DNA from: Eledone cirrhosa
Taxonomy: Eukaryota
Direction: 5' to 3'
DNA length: 64,000 nucleotides
NCBI GenBank assembly: GCA_964016885.1
Contig: OZ024742.1
Location: 189,348,001-189,412,000 of the forward strand
The notes under the pieces were generated by a model. It had not been told where the DNA came from and did not search any database. It saw only the letters and a program-made list of their open reading frames with translations. Below are positions 41,514 through 55,699 of the stretch, piece by piece. The position numbers were made by a program, and so were the translations under genes. The stretch's first letter is position 1, and each line of letters opens with the position of its first letter.

Positions 41514-42271
41514 CTCGCGGGTCTCCAATAATTGCCCCCCACCCTGCTTTTATTCCAAGTCCCTCGCTTATTAAATTTTGCTAATCTATCCACGGCGAAA
41601 TTTTATTTTAATTAGTAGCATTTTTGCGACACTTAATTTTCTTTGTTATATTTGGGGAGGGTCATGTTATTATAATATTGTTTCTACTTTCGGCACAAGG
41701 CCAGCAATTACCCAGTACGTTACTGGTATTTTATGTTATCGACCCCGTAAGAATGAAAGGAAAAGTTAACCTCAGCGGGATTTGAACTCGCACCATAAAG
41801 GGCCGTAACTATGCTGCAAAGCATGGTGTCCGACTCTCTACCGATACTGCCAATCCCAGAAATATACGAGTATAATAAAACACACTCACTCTGGATTGGG
41901 TTGCTTTTCGCTTCAGTATATTTTATATTCCATAATTAATTTAGCTGGCAATCAATGTTTATCATTGATTGACCAACAGTTAAAAATATAGATATAAATA
42001 CAGATATAAACACAGTCTCTCAGTTCTTTATTTATACATTTAAAAAACATTATACTTGATAAAAAAAAGTACATTACTAGAATCCCATACATTACAAAAT
42101 AAATAGAATGGGTTTGGGTCTGAATGTGTAAACTAAATGACTAATTCTGGGCTTTTTAACTATCAATGGAGTCAACCTAGAAAAATTACCGATTTTCCAA
42201 CCCCCTGCTCCCGGTTATTCCACCCAATTCCCTGCATATTCCAACTCTCCCTATTATTTGGGACCTGTGAG
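41514..42271. mobile_element. TA-target MITE (same family as 51349-51797) with a nested SINE at about 41675-41857
   Basis: TA|CTCGCGGGTCTCCAATAAT ... ATTATTTGGGACCTGTGAG|TA; internal similarity to the reverse of 51670-51797. Confidence 0.6.
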
Positions 42272-43149
42272 TACTTACTTACCTATATCGCTCCCTACCT
42301 ACTTACTTGTATATGTGTTGGATCTCCGTCAATTGCAATGGTGAGCAGTCAGCTTGTTCGACTTAAGGAACAACCAGACCGTGAAATTAACGTTTACATA
42401 GTTGATTATTCTGTAGACATGTGTACCGTTAAAATATTTCGTAGGGATATTCGGCTTGACATAGTGTGTAATATGTCTGAATCTTTGAATTACACGTACA
42501 GTCAGGGCCAAATGTAATGGGGGGGGGGGGGGGGGGGGGCAAAAGGGGCTATAAACATCTATCTAGTCTTGCTGTAAATATTTTAAGCTATGATCATGTC
42601 ATATATGCCTTTATTCTGAATCACACTGTGTCCATGGGCGGATTTAATGGAGTGTAAATGAGGGTCGTAGAAATTTATTTGTGGTCTCAGCTGAGCTTTT
42701 TAGTTTTAAGGTGGTTAGAATGTTTTTATTTAATACCTGTATGTATAACCTTTACTTGCACCAAGCTAACTTTGGTATGTAAAATTGAATTAGTTTGCAG
42801 TGTGTTCTAGTATTTTGTGTATAAGGGGCCTGAAGTGCCCCCACAAAGTCAAAATCCAACACTGCATACGGTACATCAGACGGGCTGCGAAACAGTTTCT
42901 ATCTATACGGTTTCACTGACATGGTATTTGACTACCCGAGGGTATGGTAAATGACACTTTCCCAATATTCCTCACCGTGGGGTTGAACCCGGGATTTAAT
43001 GATTGTGAATCGAACTTTTCGCCCATGCTGTACCCCCTGGTATACCATTAGGTTTAAACATATTTAAAAGAACCTTAAGATGTTGCTTCGCTCTTCTCTG
43101 CTCGGGGCCTTCTATGACCTCCATCCTGGGCATAAATCCTAGACCTTAA

Positions 43150-43350
43150 CGTGTAATGACTTTCTCCAAAACGTACAGACCTCAAGCGTACTTGGAACCC
43201 GTACTACCGAGTTCCTCCGCAAGATCGGAGCGTCGGCGGTCCGTCTGAGGTGGGAAGCCTCGCGAGGTTGGGTGGCTGTTGCAACGGGTGTCACTGGCCA
43301 TCGTTCGCGGGAATGCTTTTGCAATTTTGTCAGCGGGGCGCAGCACTTCT
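43150..43350 (+). pseudogene. CRE-clade non-LTR retrotransposon C-terminal (restriction-like endonuclease) fragment
   Basis: VQTSSVLGTRTTEFLRKIG...(frameshift)PREVGWLLQRVSLAIVRGNAFAIL matches the CRE-type QR.S.A..RGNA motif. Confidence 0.75.
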
Positions 43351-43697
43351 GCCCTCTTGCCCTAAACCCAAAGCTTAATCACCCTCTCCCTCCATCCCAC
43401 CCCTCTCTTCTGCGACACCAGAGCTCTTGCCCCCCCCCCCCTTCCCCTTCCAGTTCTTTCTCTTATTTCTCTCTCTATTTTTTTCTCTATATTTCCCTAT
43501 TCTTTCTTTCTTTTTGTGTACATTGTTGAGTTTAAGGTAGAGAGAGTGAGTCTGATTGTGTGGCCAGTCTCGCGACCTCAGCAAATAGCTTGCCAATAGC
43601 ATTATTTACGTGCACATCAATGCATAGATGTACATCATTGCACACAGGTATACAAACGGCAAATTCAGCCTGCTGGTCTCTACCACATCATCTAGAC

Positions 43698-44022
43698 CTG
43701 GGGGGTGCAGCGGGTGACCCGCGGCCACAATCAGACCAGTTAGAGTGGCCCGCGATGACAGTTTTTAATTTTTACCTTGTAGGCTTATTTAGAAATGTTT
43801 TCGTAACCGTAATACAATTTTCTGTTAGTTGACCTATACTAAACGGCTTCACTGATAGGGTTATGTGTGTTATAATTTCCCAGTTCCATGTTATGGCAAG
43901 AAGTTGTGGTTTTCATTAGATTGTGGTTTTCATTAGATTACATATTTTTGAGAGTGACTGGCCCAAATAGTTGTTCCAATGTTCAAAAGTGGCCCGCCAA
44001 TGGAATATATTGCACACCTCTG
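43698..44022. mobile_element. hAT-type MITE
   Basis: CTGGGGGGTGCA ... TGCACACCTCTG TIRs; 8-bp TSD ATCTAGAC/ATCTAAAC; subterminal GTGGCCCGC repeats. Confidence 0.7.
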
Positions 44023-44233
44023 ATCTAAACAGTACAAGCCATGGATGGATGTATGGATAGATACACTGACAATCAGACACAAAACACACGTACCCTCCTA
44101 CACATATGGACACATACATACACAGACACCTGTGACCACATTTTTCTGTCTCCAGGGATGAATTATCCACTTTGTAAAACTATTATTTCTACACCTTATT
44201 TATGTTCAGTTGCGTTCGGACGTACACATACGA

Positions 44234-44300
<67 letters not shown>

Positions 44301-44528
44301 GTGAAGGTTTTTTTACAAAATGCAAAATAACCGAGGTGTCCTACACGAGTGAAAGTATAAAGAAAAAAAAAAAAATGAAATCAAAAATGCAAATGAAGTC
44401 TTATTTAAAAAAATATATATATATTTATTTGGTTCCTTTACCGGTTTCGCAGTTCTTCTGCTTTTCAAAAGGTGAGTTGAGATGGAGGGTCTGTGGTTTT
44501 TCTCACATACATATATATATATATATAT

Positions 44529-44962
44529 AGTTTTAATATAGATGAGATTCTACAGGACTAGAACTGTTTCATTCTTTAGAAATCATCAGGAATCTGGCTT
44601 TCCAAAAATAAATCTTGTCGTATTTATATCTTTTCAGGTGGTAGGAGAGGGTGGGGAGTTGGATGGGTGGAGGTCATAGGTTGAAAGAAAGGGGAGCCTG
44701 TGTATATGCGTGTATTTATGAGTACATGTTTGTATGTATTTGTATGAGTGGCCGTTTGTTTGTATGCATATCGCTGTGTGTATGTGCGTTCACATGTACC
44801 TGCATATGGGTATGATTATGTATGTTTGTGTGTGTATATATATATATGTGTATGTATATATGTATATGTATATGTGTGTATATATGTATGTGTATGTGTG
44901 TGTTTATATATATATATATATGTATATATGTGTATATATATATATGTATATGTATGTATATG

Positions 44963-45025
<63 letters not shown>

Positions 45026-45040
45026 GTATATGTATGTATA

Positions 45041-45119
<79 letters not shown>

Positions 45120-45235
45120 ATATAAATGAAAGGTATAGAAAACATTGTTGCAAAAAGCCAACAGTATTCCATAATATATATATGTATGTCTCTGTGTGTG
45201 TATGTGGACCCCACAACATACCGTGGATATCTGTG

Positions 45236-45296
<61 letters not shown>

Positions 45297-45426
45297 TATT
45301 TGTGTATGTGTTTATGTATTTTGTATATGTGTATATATGTGTATTTCTGTAGATGTGTTTGTATATGTTTATATATGTGTATATTTATGTGTATGTACAT
45401 ATATATATATGCGTGTGTGTATATAC

Positions 45427-45457
<31 letters not shown>

Positions 45458-45471
45458 CATATGTGTGTGTC

Positions 45472-45518
<47 letters not shown>

Positions 45519-45558
45519 ATGTGTATATATATATATATATGCGTGTGTGTATATATGC

Positions 45559-45612
<54 letters not shown>

Positions 45613-45613
45613 C

Positions 45614-45658
<45 letters not shown>

Positions 45659-45659
45659 A

Positions 45660-45704
<45 letters not shown>

Positions 45705-46210
45705 ATGTGTGTGTGTGAATGTGTCTGTTGACACCTAGAAGAGAAATAAAACAATAATGATAGACACCCAATATTTTGAACTGGTTTATAGAATTCTCTT
45801 GGCCTTTGTCACTCTAAGTAGAGCTTTAAAGAATTGGCTCATAAAGAATTTCCCTTTTCTTTAAATCCATCAACCATGACCGACCGCCAACTATCTTATA
45901 GACACCTGAAATATAGGCATTGTTACTTAAAAATAAGGAGTGGAACCCCATTCTGAACTTGTTTATAGAATTCTTTCTGCCTTTGTCACTCTAAATATAA
46001 ATTATAGCCTTAATGAATTAGCTTTTAATGAATTCCCTTTTCTTTCAACCAATGACCTCCACCCATCCCACTCCCCACCCTCTCCTACCACCTGAAAAGA
46101 TATAAATACCACTACATTTATTCTTGCTATTTATTCTTGCATTTATACTCTGCTATGTATTGAGTACCTTACTTACTGTGGTTACCTCCGATTCAACTCG
46201 GAATATCTTA

Positions 46211-46215
<5 letters not shown>
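44529..46215 (+). mobile_element. Longer family P1 element with inverted arms and a microsatellite-filled interior
   Basis: 44621-44695 is the reverse complement of about 46035-46108; P1 tail at 46143-46215. Confidence 0.7.
44545..44595 (-). ncRNA. Type I hammerhead (canonical core)
   Basis: AGATTC-CTGATGA-TTTCTAAAGAAT-GAA-ACAG-TTCTAGTC-CTGT-A-GAATCT; GUA triplet. Confidence 0.8.
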
Positions 46216-46254
<39 letters not shown>

Positions 46255-46282
46255 CAAAGGAATTGTGGTAATATATATATAT

Positions 46283-47427
46283 TTAAAAGTTAAACAAGGT
46301 TCAAAGAATGAGTTTTACAATAGATTGGAAGCACTCAATAGTGAAGTTTTCCAGAGTTATTAATATTAATTCAAAATATTAACAAAATAGATATTCTTGT
46401 GATCAAGTATATTTTATTATACATATTTCAGAGGTACTGAGTTAGCTCCAACAGTACGTCCTCATCAGATAAAATAAGATGATGCATGACATACCCTGAC
46501 ATAGTAGATGATTAAGATTCAGTCATGGTAGTGAATAATATGACAAAACTCAATATTTATATACCTTAATATTGAGAAACATGAGAAAAATATATAATAC
46601 ATACTATGTTTCGCAAATAATTCATTATTTTTTCACTTTTTTTCACTTTTTTTTTTTGTATCTAGTCCTTATCCTTAGAAGTTTTGACTTATATATTTAT
46701 AGTATATATCTATTTAATTGTCCTTTTACAATAATTGATCTAAAACATTAATTTTTAACAATATTTTCAGTAACTTATTTACTACATTGTATGATAATAT
46801 CTATATTTGAAATGCATCATGTTAAGTCTATAGACAATATAATCTTTGTGTATTTTCTTTTATAAACACATATATGTAATTCAAAATTCAGACCTTTTAA
46901 AGTTTAATTATAAGGCCTGTTGATCCGTTAGGCACTCAAATTGTTAATCATAAATTCTTCAAAAGTTATAACGATAATTATTTTCTAAATTATATTATAC
47001 AAACTGTTGTCAATATTATATGATAAATTTGGTAAAGTTTACCTTCGTGAGGTTGTAAAAACATTGTTTTCTTTCTCGTGTTTGTAAATAATTTAAATTT
47101 GATTTCATAAAATTTAATTTTAGAAATTAAATTTGATAGTATACTTTAATATTAATACAGATACCTATTAACTTTTAAAACCTAAAATATTATTCATTAC
47201 TCTGAACTAACTTAAATTAAATATTTTGAATATTAACGGTCAACCAGATATGTTTAGATATATATTGTATATATGGATAATTGTCTAAAGACTTGAACAT
47301 AAGTTTATTCCTCATCATCTTATTTTATCTGATGAGGACATACTGTTGAAGTTAACTCAGTACCTCTGAAATATGTATAATAAAATATACTTGATCACAA
47401 GAATATCTATTTTGTTAATATTTTGAA

Positions 47428-47436
<9 letters not shown>
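46283..47436 (-). mobile_element. Family P6 Penelope-like element with inverted pseudo-LTR and decayed coding interior
   Basis: Arms about 46361-46483 / 47314-47436, hammerheads at 46410-46476 (-) and 47321-47387 (+); interior - strand gives FRSIIVKGQLNRYI, weakly resembling a PLE RT thumb. Confidence 0.7.
47321..47387 (+). ncRNA. Type I hammerhead
   Basis: TATTTTAT-CTGATGA-GGACATACTG...CAGTACCTCT-GAAA-TATGTA-TA-ATAAAATA. Confidence 0.75.
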
Positions 47437-47511
<75 letters not shown>

Positions 47512-47516
<5 letters not shown>

Positions 47517-47659
47517 TTCAAAATATTAATAAATATAGACATTCATATTAATATTTTGAATTAATAATAATAACTCCAGAAAACTTCACTGTTGAGTGCT
47601 TCTAATCTATTGTAAAACTATATCCATTGATTAATCAATGAACCTTGTTTAACTTTTGG

Positions 47660-47660
<1 letters not shown>
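47512..47660 (+). mobile_element. Short P6 hairpin plus tail
   Basis: TTAATTCAAAATATTAATA / TATTAATATTTTGAATTAA arms; tail ACTC...GTTGAGTGC. Confidence 0.65.
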
Positions 47661-47719
<59 letters not shown>

Positions 47720-47757
47720 TTTAACATAATTTTGGATATATATATATATATATATAT

Positions 47758-47953
47758 AGGTAAGTTATTCCGGGTGGAATTGGAGGTAACCAGAGTACGT
47801 AAGGTACTCAATACATAGCAGAGTATAAAAGTTTTAATATAGATGAAATTCTACAGGAGTAGAACTGTTTCATTCTTTAGAAATCATCAGGAATCCCTGA
47901 TGATTTCTAAATAATGAAACAGTTCTAGTCCTGTAGAATCTCATCTATATTAA

Positions 47954-47958
<5 letters not shown>
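47758..47958 (-). mobile_element. P1 palindrome with back-to-back hammerheads
   Basis: TCATCAGG-AATC-CCTGATGA junction; hammerhead cores on both strands (about 47847-47895 - and 47897-47941 +). Confidence 0.8.
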
Positions 47959-47994
<36 letters not shown>

Positions 47995-48022
47995 TTCATA
48001 TATATATATATATATATACACA

Positions 48023-48068
<46 letters not shown>

Positions 48069-48424
48069 CACACATTCATATATATATATATACACATACA
48101 CACATTCATATATATATACACACACACATTCATATATATATATATATAATGTATGTATATGTATATGTGTGTGTGTGTGTGTGTGACTGTTTACTGGTGT
48201 GTATTTCGGTATCATTTACAAGGAATAACATGCTGATGAAATCTCAATTTATCACAAATAGTAGTTGGTTAAGCTCATTTCTAGATAGACAGAAAATTGG
48301 AAATGAAATACAGGTAACTACATCACTGCAACTACTGCAACTACTACTACTACTACTACAGCTGCTGCTGCTGCTGCCACTACTACTACTACTGCTGCTG
48401 TTGCTGCTACTACTACTACAGCTG

Positions 48425-48478
<54 letters not shown>

Positions 48479-48487
48479 ATACTGTTG

Positions 48488-48519
<32 letters not shown>

Positions 48520-48544
48520 ACTACTACTACAGCTGCTGCTGCTG

Positions 48545-48579
<35 letters not shown>

Positions 48580-48583
48580 GTTG

Positions 48584-48618
<35 letters not shown>

Positions 48619-48675
48619 ACTACTACCACCACCACCGCCACCCATACCACCACCACCAACCAACACCACCACCAA

Positions 48676-48739
<64 letters not shown>

Positions 48740-48741
48740 GT

Positions 48742-48776
<35 letters not shown>

Positions 48777-48934
48777 AGCAACATTACCACCCGTAATTCG
48801 ACTACCAATACCAGCTTCAACAGTAACATCACCAAACATTACCAGAACACAACCGACTTCACCATCACACACAAATCCATTACAATCCGCATAATACCGA
48901 ACTGGAAAATAATGTATTATATATATATATATAA

Positions 48935-48985
<51 letters not shown>

Positions 48986-49002
48986 CACAAACACATACGC
49001 AT

Positions 49003-49033
<31 letters not shown>

Positions 49034-49054
49034 TACATACATATTTATATATAC

Positions 49055-49085
<31 letters not shown>

Positions 49086-49159
49086 ATTGTTTCTACTTAA
49101 AAAATAACATATATGTTTATATATTTCATATGAAATAATTTTCGCTGCACACTGTAAAA

Positions 49160-49258
<99 letters not shown>

Positions 49259-49350
49259 GGGTTGTGTATGTATGTATATATAAGCATATATGTATGCATA
49301 AATAAAACCCCTTGTTGTACAGCAAACCATGTTATTCTTCAATTTTTCAC

Positions 49351-49381
<31 letters not shown>

Positions 49382-49410
49382 GCATATATATGTATGTATA
49401 TAAGCATAGA

Positions 49411-49465
<55 letters not shown>

Positions 49466-49941
49466 GTTGTTTGGGGGCTTTTTCCGCGAAAATACAGCAT
49501 GAAAAAAAAAAATAATAAACAAAAACCATATACTATGCGACATACCCAGCAGGTCTACAAAAATACTAAATTCTAAAATACATGGTACACTAAACCACCA
49601 CCACCACCACCACCACCACCAGCAGTAGCCATAGCGCCACCGCCGCCAACATCAGTAGTGTCCCCACCATCGCCACCTCCTCCCCTTCCTTCTACATAGA
49701 AAGGCCGGCTGTTACTGCTGCTGCTGCTGCTGCTGCTGCCGCTGCGAGTAAGGAGGTCTACTATAAAAGGGAATGTTTCCCATGAAGCGTGTTGCAGCAG
49801 AACTACATGATGACTACATGCAACAGTCGTACTACTGACAGCTTGCTGGGAAACATGGAATCACAACTAATGAAAGCAGAACGATTAAGATTACGATTAT
49901 TCCCTGAATTATATATATATATATATATATATAACATATGC

Positions 49942-49993
<52 letters not shown>

Positions 49994-50119
49994 AAATGGG
50001 GAGAAGAATACTGCAGGTTGCACATGGATAACATGTTATAAAATGAGTCCCTCATCAGTGATTTGCCAACGATCATAGATATTTCATTGCATTAAAAATC
50101 ATATACCTCACGTTGATGC

Positions 50120-50183
<64 letters not shown>

Positions 50184-50250
50184 GCGTGTATATATATATA
50201 TATATATATATAAACATATGCGTGTATATATATATATATACATATGCGTG

Positions 50251-50292
<42 letters not shown>

Positions 50293-50299
50293 AGCGTGC

Positions 50300-50352
<53 letters not shown>

Positions 50353-50446
50353 CACATATACATATATATGTGTGTGTGTGTGTGTGTATGTGTATCATAT
50401 ACATATATATATGTGTGTGTATGTATATCATGTAGATATATGCTTG

Positions 50447-50495
<49 letters not shown>

Positions 50496-50771
50496 GAAAG
50501 AGCCGGGGCTCGACGGCTCATTTACATATTTATCTCAATATGAATGTAGCTCCCTCTGAAACAAGAGGAAACACACACAAAAACTCCCAACAAAAAAATT
50601 AAAATGACGAAACAGTAAGGAAATCTGTTCAAATGCGTAACATTAATAGAGAATTGATAGTAACAGCGGAAACAGCGAAACAGCGCAGTTTGTAACAGCT
50701 GTGCGACTTTGTACGCGCACAGAAGTTTTGCAATCAGCGCACAAATAATTTATGTGCGCACAATAAATTAA

Positions 50772-50985
50772 TGATTTCTGATTTAAGCAAAAGGCTAGCA
50801 ATTTTGGAGGTGAGGAAGGAAAGTCGATTAAATCGCTACCAGTGCAAGACTGGTACTTTATTTTATCGAACCCCCGTATGGATGAACGGTAAGCTAACCT
50901 CGGCGGGATTTGAACTCAGAACGTAAGGGCCGTAACTCTATGCCGCTTAGCACGTTGTCCGACGCTCTACCGATTCAGCCAATCG
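50772..50985 (-). mobile_element. Meta-domain-like SINE
   Basis: Homologous to 19252-19468. Confidence 0.8.
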
Positions 50986-51348
50986 TTAAGAATTTCTGAA
51001 TGTGGCCACAAAAGGTTAGATATATAAAACAATGTAGTTATCGACACTTATAACTAATTACACATTCACTGCACGCGTATATTCAACTCATAGGAAAAAA
51101 GTGTTTTACATAATCAATATTTTTTTCATTTACACATGATCACAAATATATACAGATTTTGTCCCATAGTTGAAAACAGATAAACTACAAACTGTGACCT
51201 AATAGTTAAGAAGTTCGTTTCCCAATCATTAGGTTCCCAGTTCGACCCGACTGCGTGTTATTTATAATAGGCTTGGATCAACCCGTGCTTAATAAGTGAA
51301 ATTAGATCGATGGAAACTATAAATGTCGGATGGACTATAATACATGTA

Positions 51349-51797
51349 CTCTTGGGTCCAAAATAATAGGGTGGCGCGGTTGGAATAAATGGAGGCTTGG
51401 ACTTTTGCTTAAATTCTTATAAGCAGAGGATAGGGGTGGAATAAACGTGGGGGGTAAGTCATCGGTAATTGTATAGTGTACGTTTGTAAATACGGGATTG
51501 CTTGTAATGTTCTTTTTTTGTCATATATAATGGGTTTTTTTAATGTAAAATAAAATTATTATTAGATTCTCCAACTGCTGTATCAACATGAATCGATTAC
51601 ATTGCCAAAGATAACATTGATAGGTTTTGGCCAGTATTGGCCCAGGGCATGTCTAACTTAATAGCACCACCTGGATAGATTAGTAAAATTTGATAAGCGA
51701 GGGGGGTGTGGTGTGGAATAAAAACGGAGGGTGGTGGGGTGGAAAAATTCCAAGAAATTAGTAAGCGTGGCGAGGGTGATTATTCAAGACCTGAGAG
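51349..51797. mobile_element. TA-target MITE nested in a SINE (51195-51970)
   Basis: TA|CTCTTGGGTCCAAAATAAT ... ATTATTCAAGACCTGAGAG|TA; removing it restores the SINE sequence seen at about 2460. Confidence 0.7.
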
Positions 51798-52141
51798 TAC
51801 TTCAAAGAGCCAGCCCTATACACACACATTGTCATGCTGAGTCTCCCTGCGAATTGCGTTAAGGCGACACATGTCTGTAGACTGCTCAGCCAATTATACG
51901 TTCATTTTAAAAGCAGGTTATTCCTTAGAGATAGAATAACTGAAACATTCATCGTCGAAACATATGAAGGTCCATTCTCATTTCATAGTTACGGTAGTTT
52001 ACCCTTTACGTTGTGAGTTCAAATCCCGCCGACGTTACCTTCATCATTATAGGGCCGATAACGTAAAGTACCAGTAACGCACTGGGTCAATTTAATCAAA
52101 TTGTATATATATATATGTGTGTGTGTGTGTACTTATATAAG

Positions 52142-52212
<71 letters not shown>

Positions 52213-52371
52213 TACATGTATATATATATATAGAGAGAGAAAGGATAAAAAGGACGATTGATTATTCCTTCATTGCATTTATTGATAGGTGACGCGCGTT
52301 TCGCCACTGAACAGCTCAAGGTTCGAGTGCTCACCCGGGTGAACCTGCAGTAACTCCTAGTTACACCCACT

Positions 52372-52429
<58 letters not shown>

Positions 52430-52579
52430 AGGGGGCGGGGGTATATATATATATACATATGTATATACATGAAAATATATACGCATATAGAACTTCGTTG
52501 AGTGTTTTACTCGGCATACTGAAGTGTCGGTAACCAACCAACACATACTCAGATTTATGTATCATCATCATCATCATCA

Positions 52580-52900
52580 TTTCATTTTACGTCCGCTTTT
52601 TCCCTGCTTGCAAGGGTGGGACGAGAACTGATGCTGGCTTGATTTCTACAGCTGGATGCCCTTCCTAACACCAACCTCATTTACACTGAGTGCTGGGTGC
52701 TTTTTTGCCGTGGCACCTCCACGACCACTTTGCAGTGGAATGATATGGACCCCAGTTCCTATCATCTCATTTCCACAGCTGAGTAAACTGGAGCAATGTG
52801 AAATAAAGTGTCTTGCTCAAGGAAACAACATATCACCCGGTCTGAGAATTGAACTCACAACCTTTCGATTGCAAGGCCTTACTGCTAAGCCATGTGCCTC
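52580..52900 (-). mobile_element. CORE-type SINE with (ATG)n tail
   Basis: Reverse of CCTTGAGCAAGACACTTTATTTCAC; (CAT)n at 52560. Confidence 0.75.
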
Positions 52901-52918
52901 CATATATATATGTATATA

Positions 52919-52965
<47 letters not shown>

Positions 52966-53220
52966 GTGTGAAATCCTTGGTACAATTAAGTATATTTTTT
53001 CAAATATACCTAACCTTCTCACATTCATCACACCACCGACGAATGAGAGAAAGTTAACCAGGAATTTCTAAAAAATAAACTCCCCCGCCAAAGTTATCAA
53101 AGAACTTAGAAGATCTACAAAACAAAATTGTAAAATTATAATATTATGAAATTAAATTGTTTACAACTACAATTGAAGTAATTCTTTTCCATTTTTCAAA
53201 TATATATATATATGTATATA

Positions 53221-53266
<46 letters not shown>

Positions 53267-53274
53267 ATTTTGAT

Positions 53275-53885
53275 AACTTTGATAGGTTTCGGCCAGTATT
53301 GGAGAGTTATTGTTTACGGAGGCTTATCCGGGATTTCTTGAAGGAATTTATCCAAAGACTTCTTGAACTTGATGGGGTCTGTCTCTGCGTTGATGCGTTT
53401 TGGTGTAATATTAAAGAGTGTAGGGCCAATTGAGGTGAAATAATTGTGCCGTATTGTTGTTATGTGATGCGAGTGGGATTTTTGTCGTGGGCGGATAGCA
53501 CGGGGCCATACCTTGGGTGTACACTAAAGGTGATGCCAACATCATTTGGACTAAGCTGATGGAATATTTTCCACATCATACAGATAATGTAGGGCTCACC
53601 GCGACGTTGAAGAGAATAAAGTTTGAGCTTTTCTAATCGACTCCAATAGTCAAGGCCTGTCATGCCAACTATCTTTTTTGTAATTGACTTTAGGATGCTT
53701 CAACTTTCATGATACTTTGTCTCGTGTGGGGTGACCACAGTGGACAACAGTATTCAAGGTGGGGTCAGGCAAAAGTGGAGAAGAGAAGGACAACAGTGTG
53801 GATATCTCTCGACTGGAAAGTTCTGATAATCCAAGAACACATTCTGCGGGCCATATTAACTTTGCTGTTTATATGAGTGGCCCAA
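53275..53885 (-). mobile_element. CR1-like LINE 3' fragment
   Basis: LDYWSRLEKLKLYSLQRR...YII..MWKI, with upstream LEYCCPLWSPH. Confidence 0.8.
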
Positions 53886-53937
53886 CTTATATTGTTGTAT
53901 ATATATATTCCGTTGGTATACATCTATTACGCAATTT

Positions 53938-53995
53938 ACACCTGATGAGGTCACCGAGTTCTTACGCAACCTGGCCACTGAAATGCGCATAGTGT
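53938..53995 (+). ncRNA. Type I hammerhead
   Basis: ACAC-CTGATGA-GGTCA...TGGCCACT-GAAA-TGCGCA-TA-GTGT; lies between TA tracts. Confidence 0.7.
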
Positions 53996-54065
53996 TTACA
54001 GAAATAGAGAATTAAAGAAATTCAACATATTTGACCTCCTATCATTTCATTTTATTATATATCTA

Positions 54066-54143
<78 letters not shown>

Positions 54144-54249
54144 CATATATTGAAAATTGTTGATCAGTTTATTAATTATTAGTCGATTTTGATTTGATTT
54201 TTAACAGTATAATGGTAGAAATGCAGTAGTGTGTTATAATTGTAGATAG

Positions 54250-54572
54250 GTGCCAGCTTTGTCCACCAGTGTTTGTTATCCTCTGGGTATATCATTGACT
54301 GACTTCATTAGGAACACTGACCATATGTTGGTCAATACATGTAGAATGCATTCCTTCAATTGCGTCAGAGTTTTGGGGTTTTGGGCGACCTCCACAGGAA
54401 TAAATCGCATGGCGTGAAGTCAGGACTTATTGATGGCCATTCATGTGAACCTCGATGACCCAATCAAGGTCCTGGAAATTGGTCACCAAGCTACTCATAG
54501 ACAGTGCGTGTAAAATGAGGAGGAGCCCCATCTTGCATGGATATGAAGTTTATAGATGTTGTGCCAAGTGAT
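54250..54572 (-). pseudogene. Tc1/mariner-superfamily DD(D/E) transposase remnant
   Basis: MQDGAPPHFTRTVYE*LGDQFPGP*LGHRGSHEWPSISPDFTPCDLFLW. Confidence 0.85.
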
Positions 54573-54574
54573 CA

Positions 54575-54632
<58 letters not shown>

Positions 54633-54636
<4 letters not shown>

Positions 54637-54919
54637 CCGTTCTGTGTGTGTGTGTAAAAGAGTTTCACTTGGAAAATATTCCATCCATCTCTGTCAAATT
54701 AAACACATAGCCAAAATAGGCTACGATTTGTAACATCAAGAAAAAATTATTTCATAATGATTAATTTCGAAGTCACAAACTTCGATTTTATAATCTTATA
54801 GACTTTTGCACTAACAAATTCCATGACGGCCATTAAAGAGAGAGAGAGCGTTCCTTTTACACACTTCTTAACTCTCCCCCTTCCACAACACGACGTTATG
54901 GGATTGTATGTGTATGTGC

Positions 54920-54993
<74 letters not shown>

Positions 54994-55205
54994 AATTTCC
55001 ATAACGGCCAGAGAGAAGGATGTGTGAGAGGGAGATAGAAAGAGAAGAGTGAGAGAGAGAGAGTAAAATAAAGAAAGAGAGGAGTGTGTGTGACGCGAAT
55101 ATGATAGATACAGCGTTTATAATTTTAACTTATTTATTACACTTCTTAACTCTCCCCCCTTCCACAACGTCACGTCTTGGGATTGTGTGCGTATGTGTGT
55201 GTGTG

Positions 55206-55295
<90 letters not shown>

Positions 55296-55675
55296 GTGTG
55301 TATGTGTGTGTATGTTTGTGTGTGTATGTGTTTGTGTGTGTGTGTGTGTGTGTATGTTTGTGTGTGTATGTGTTTGTGTGTGTGTGTGTGTATGTTTGTG
55401 TGTGTATGTGTTTGTGTGTATACATGATGGATGTTTTAAAATACACATTGTTCAACCGACACGGCTAACGATACATTTCTCTATGTTCACATTTGAATGA
55501 CACATATCTGTAAATAAAACTTGCTCTTTTTGAATACCGTCTCATTTTTTTTTATTGAAAGAGTTGATCAGGTAAAATTATCCTCCAAGTTAAACATACA
55601 ACACGGAAATTGACCATTAACATTGCAGCCCTACCAAGAACTGACACCGTCCAATAGACGGGGGTCATTTGCTAG
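54633..55675 (+). mobile_element. Probable non-autonomous Helitron
   Basis: 3' end CCGTCCAATAGACGG hairpin + ...TGCTAG|T; internal duplication 54855-54990 / 55135-55290; 5' end not resolved. Confidence 0.5.
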
Positions 55676-55699
55676 TATATATATATAATTATAATTATA

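Noticed and set aside
48244-48835. Ser/Thr/Leu homopolymer mucin-like ORFs
   Set aside because: (CTA/CTG)n array open in multiple frames on both strands.
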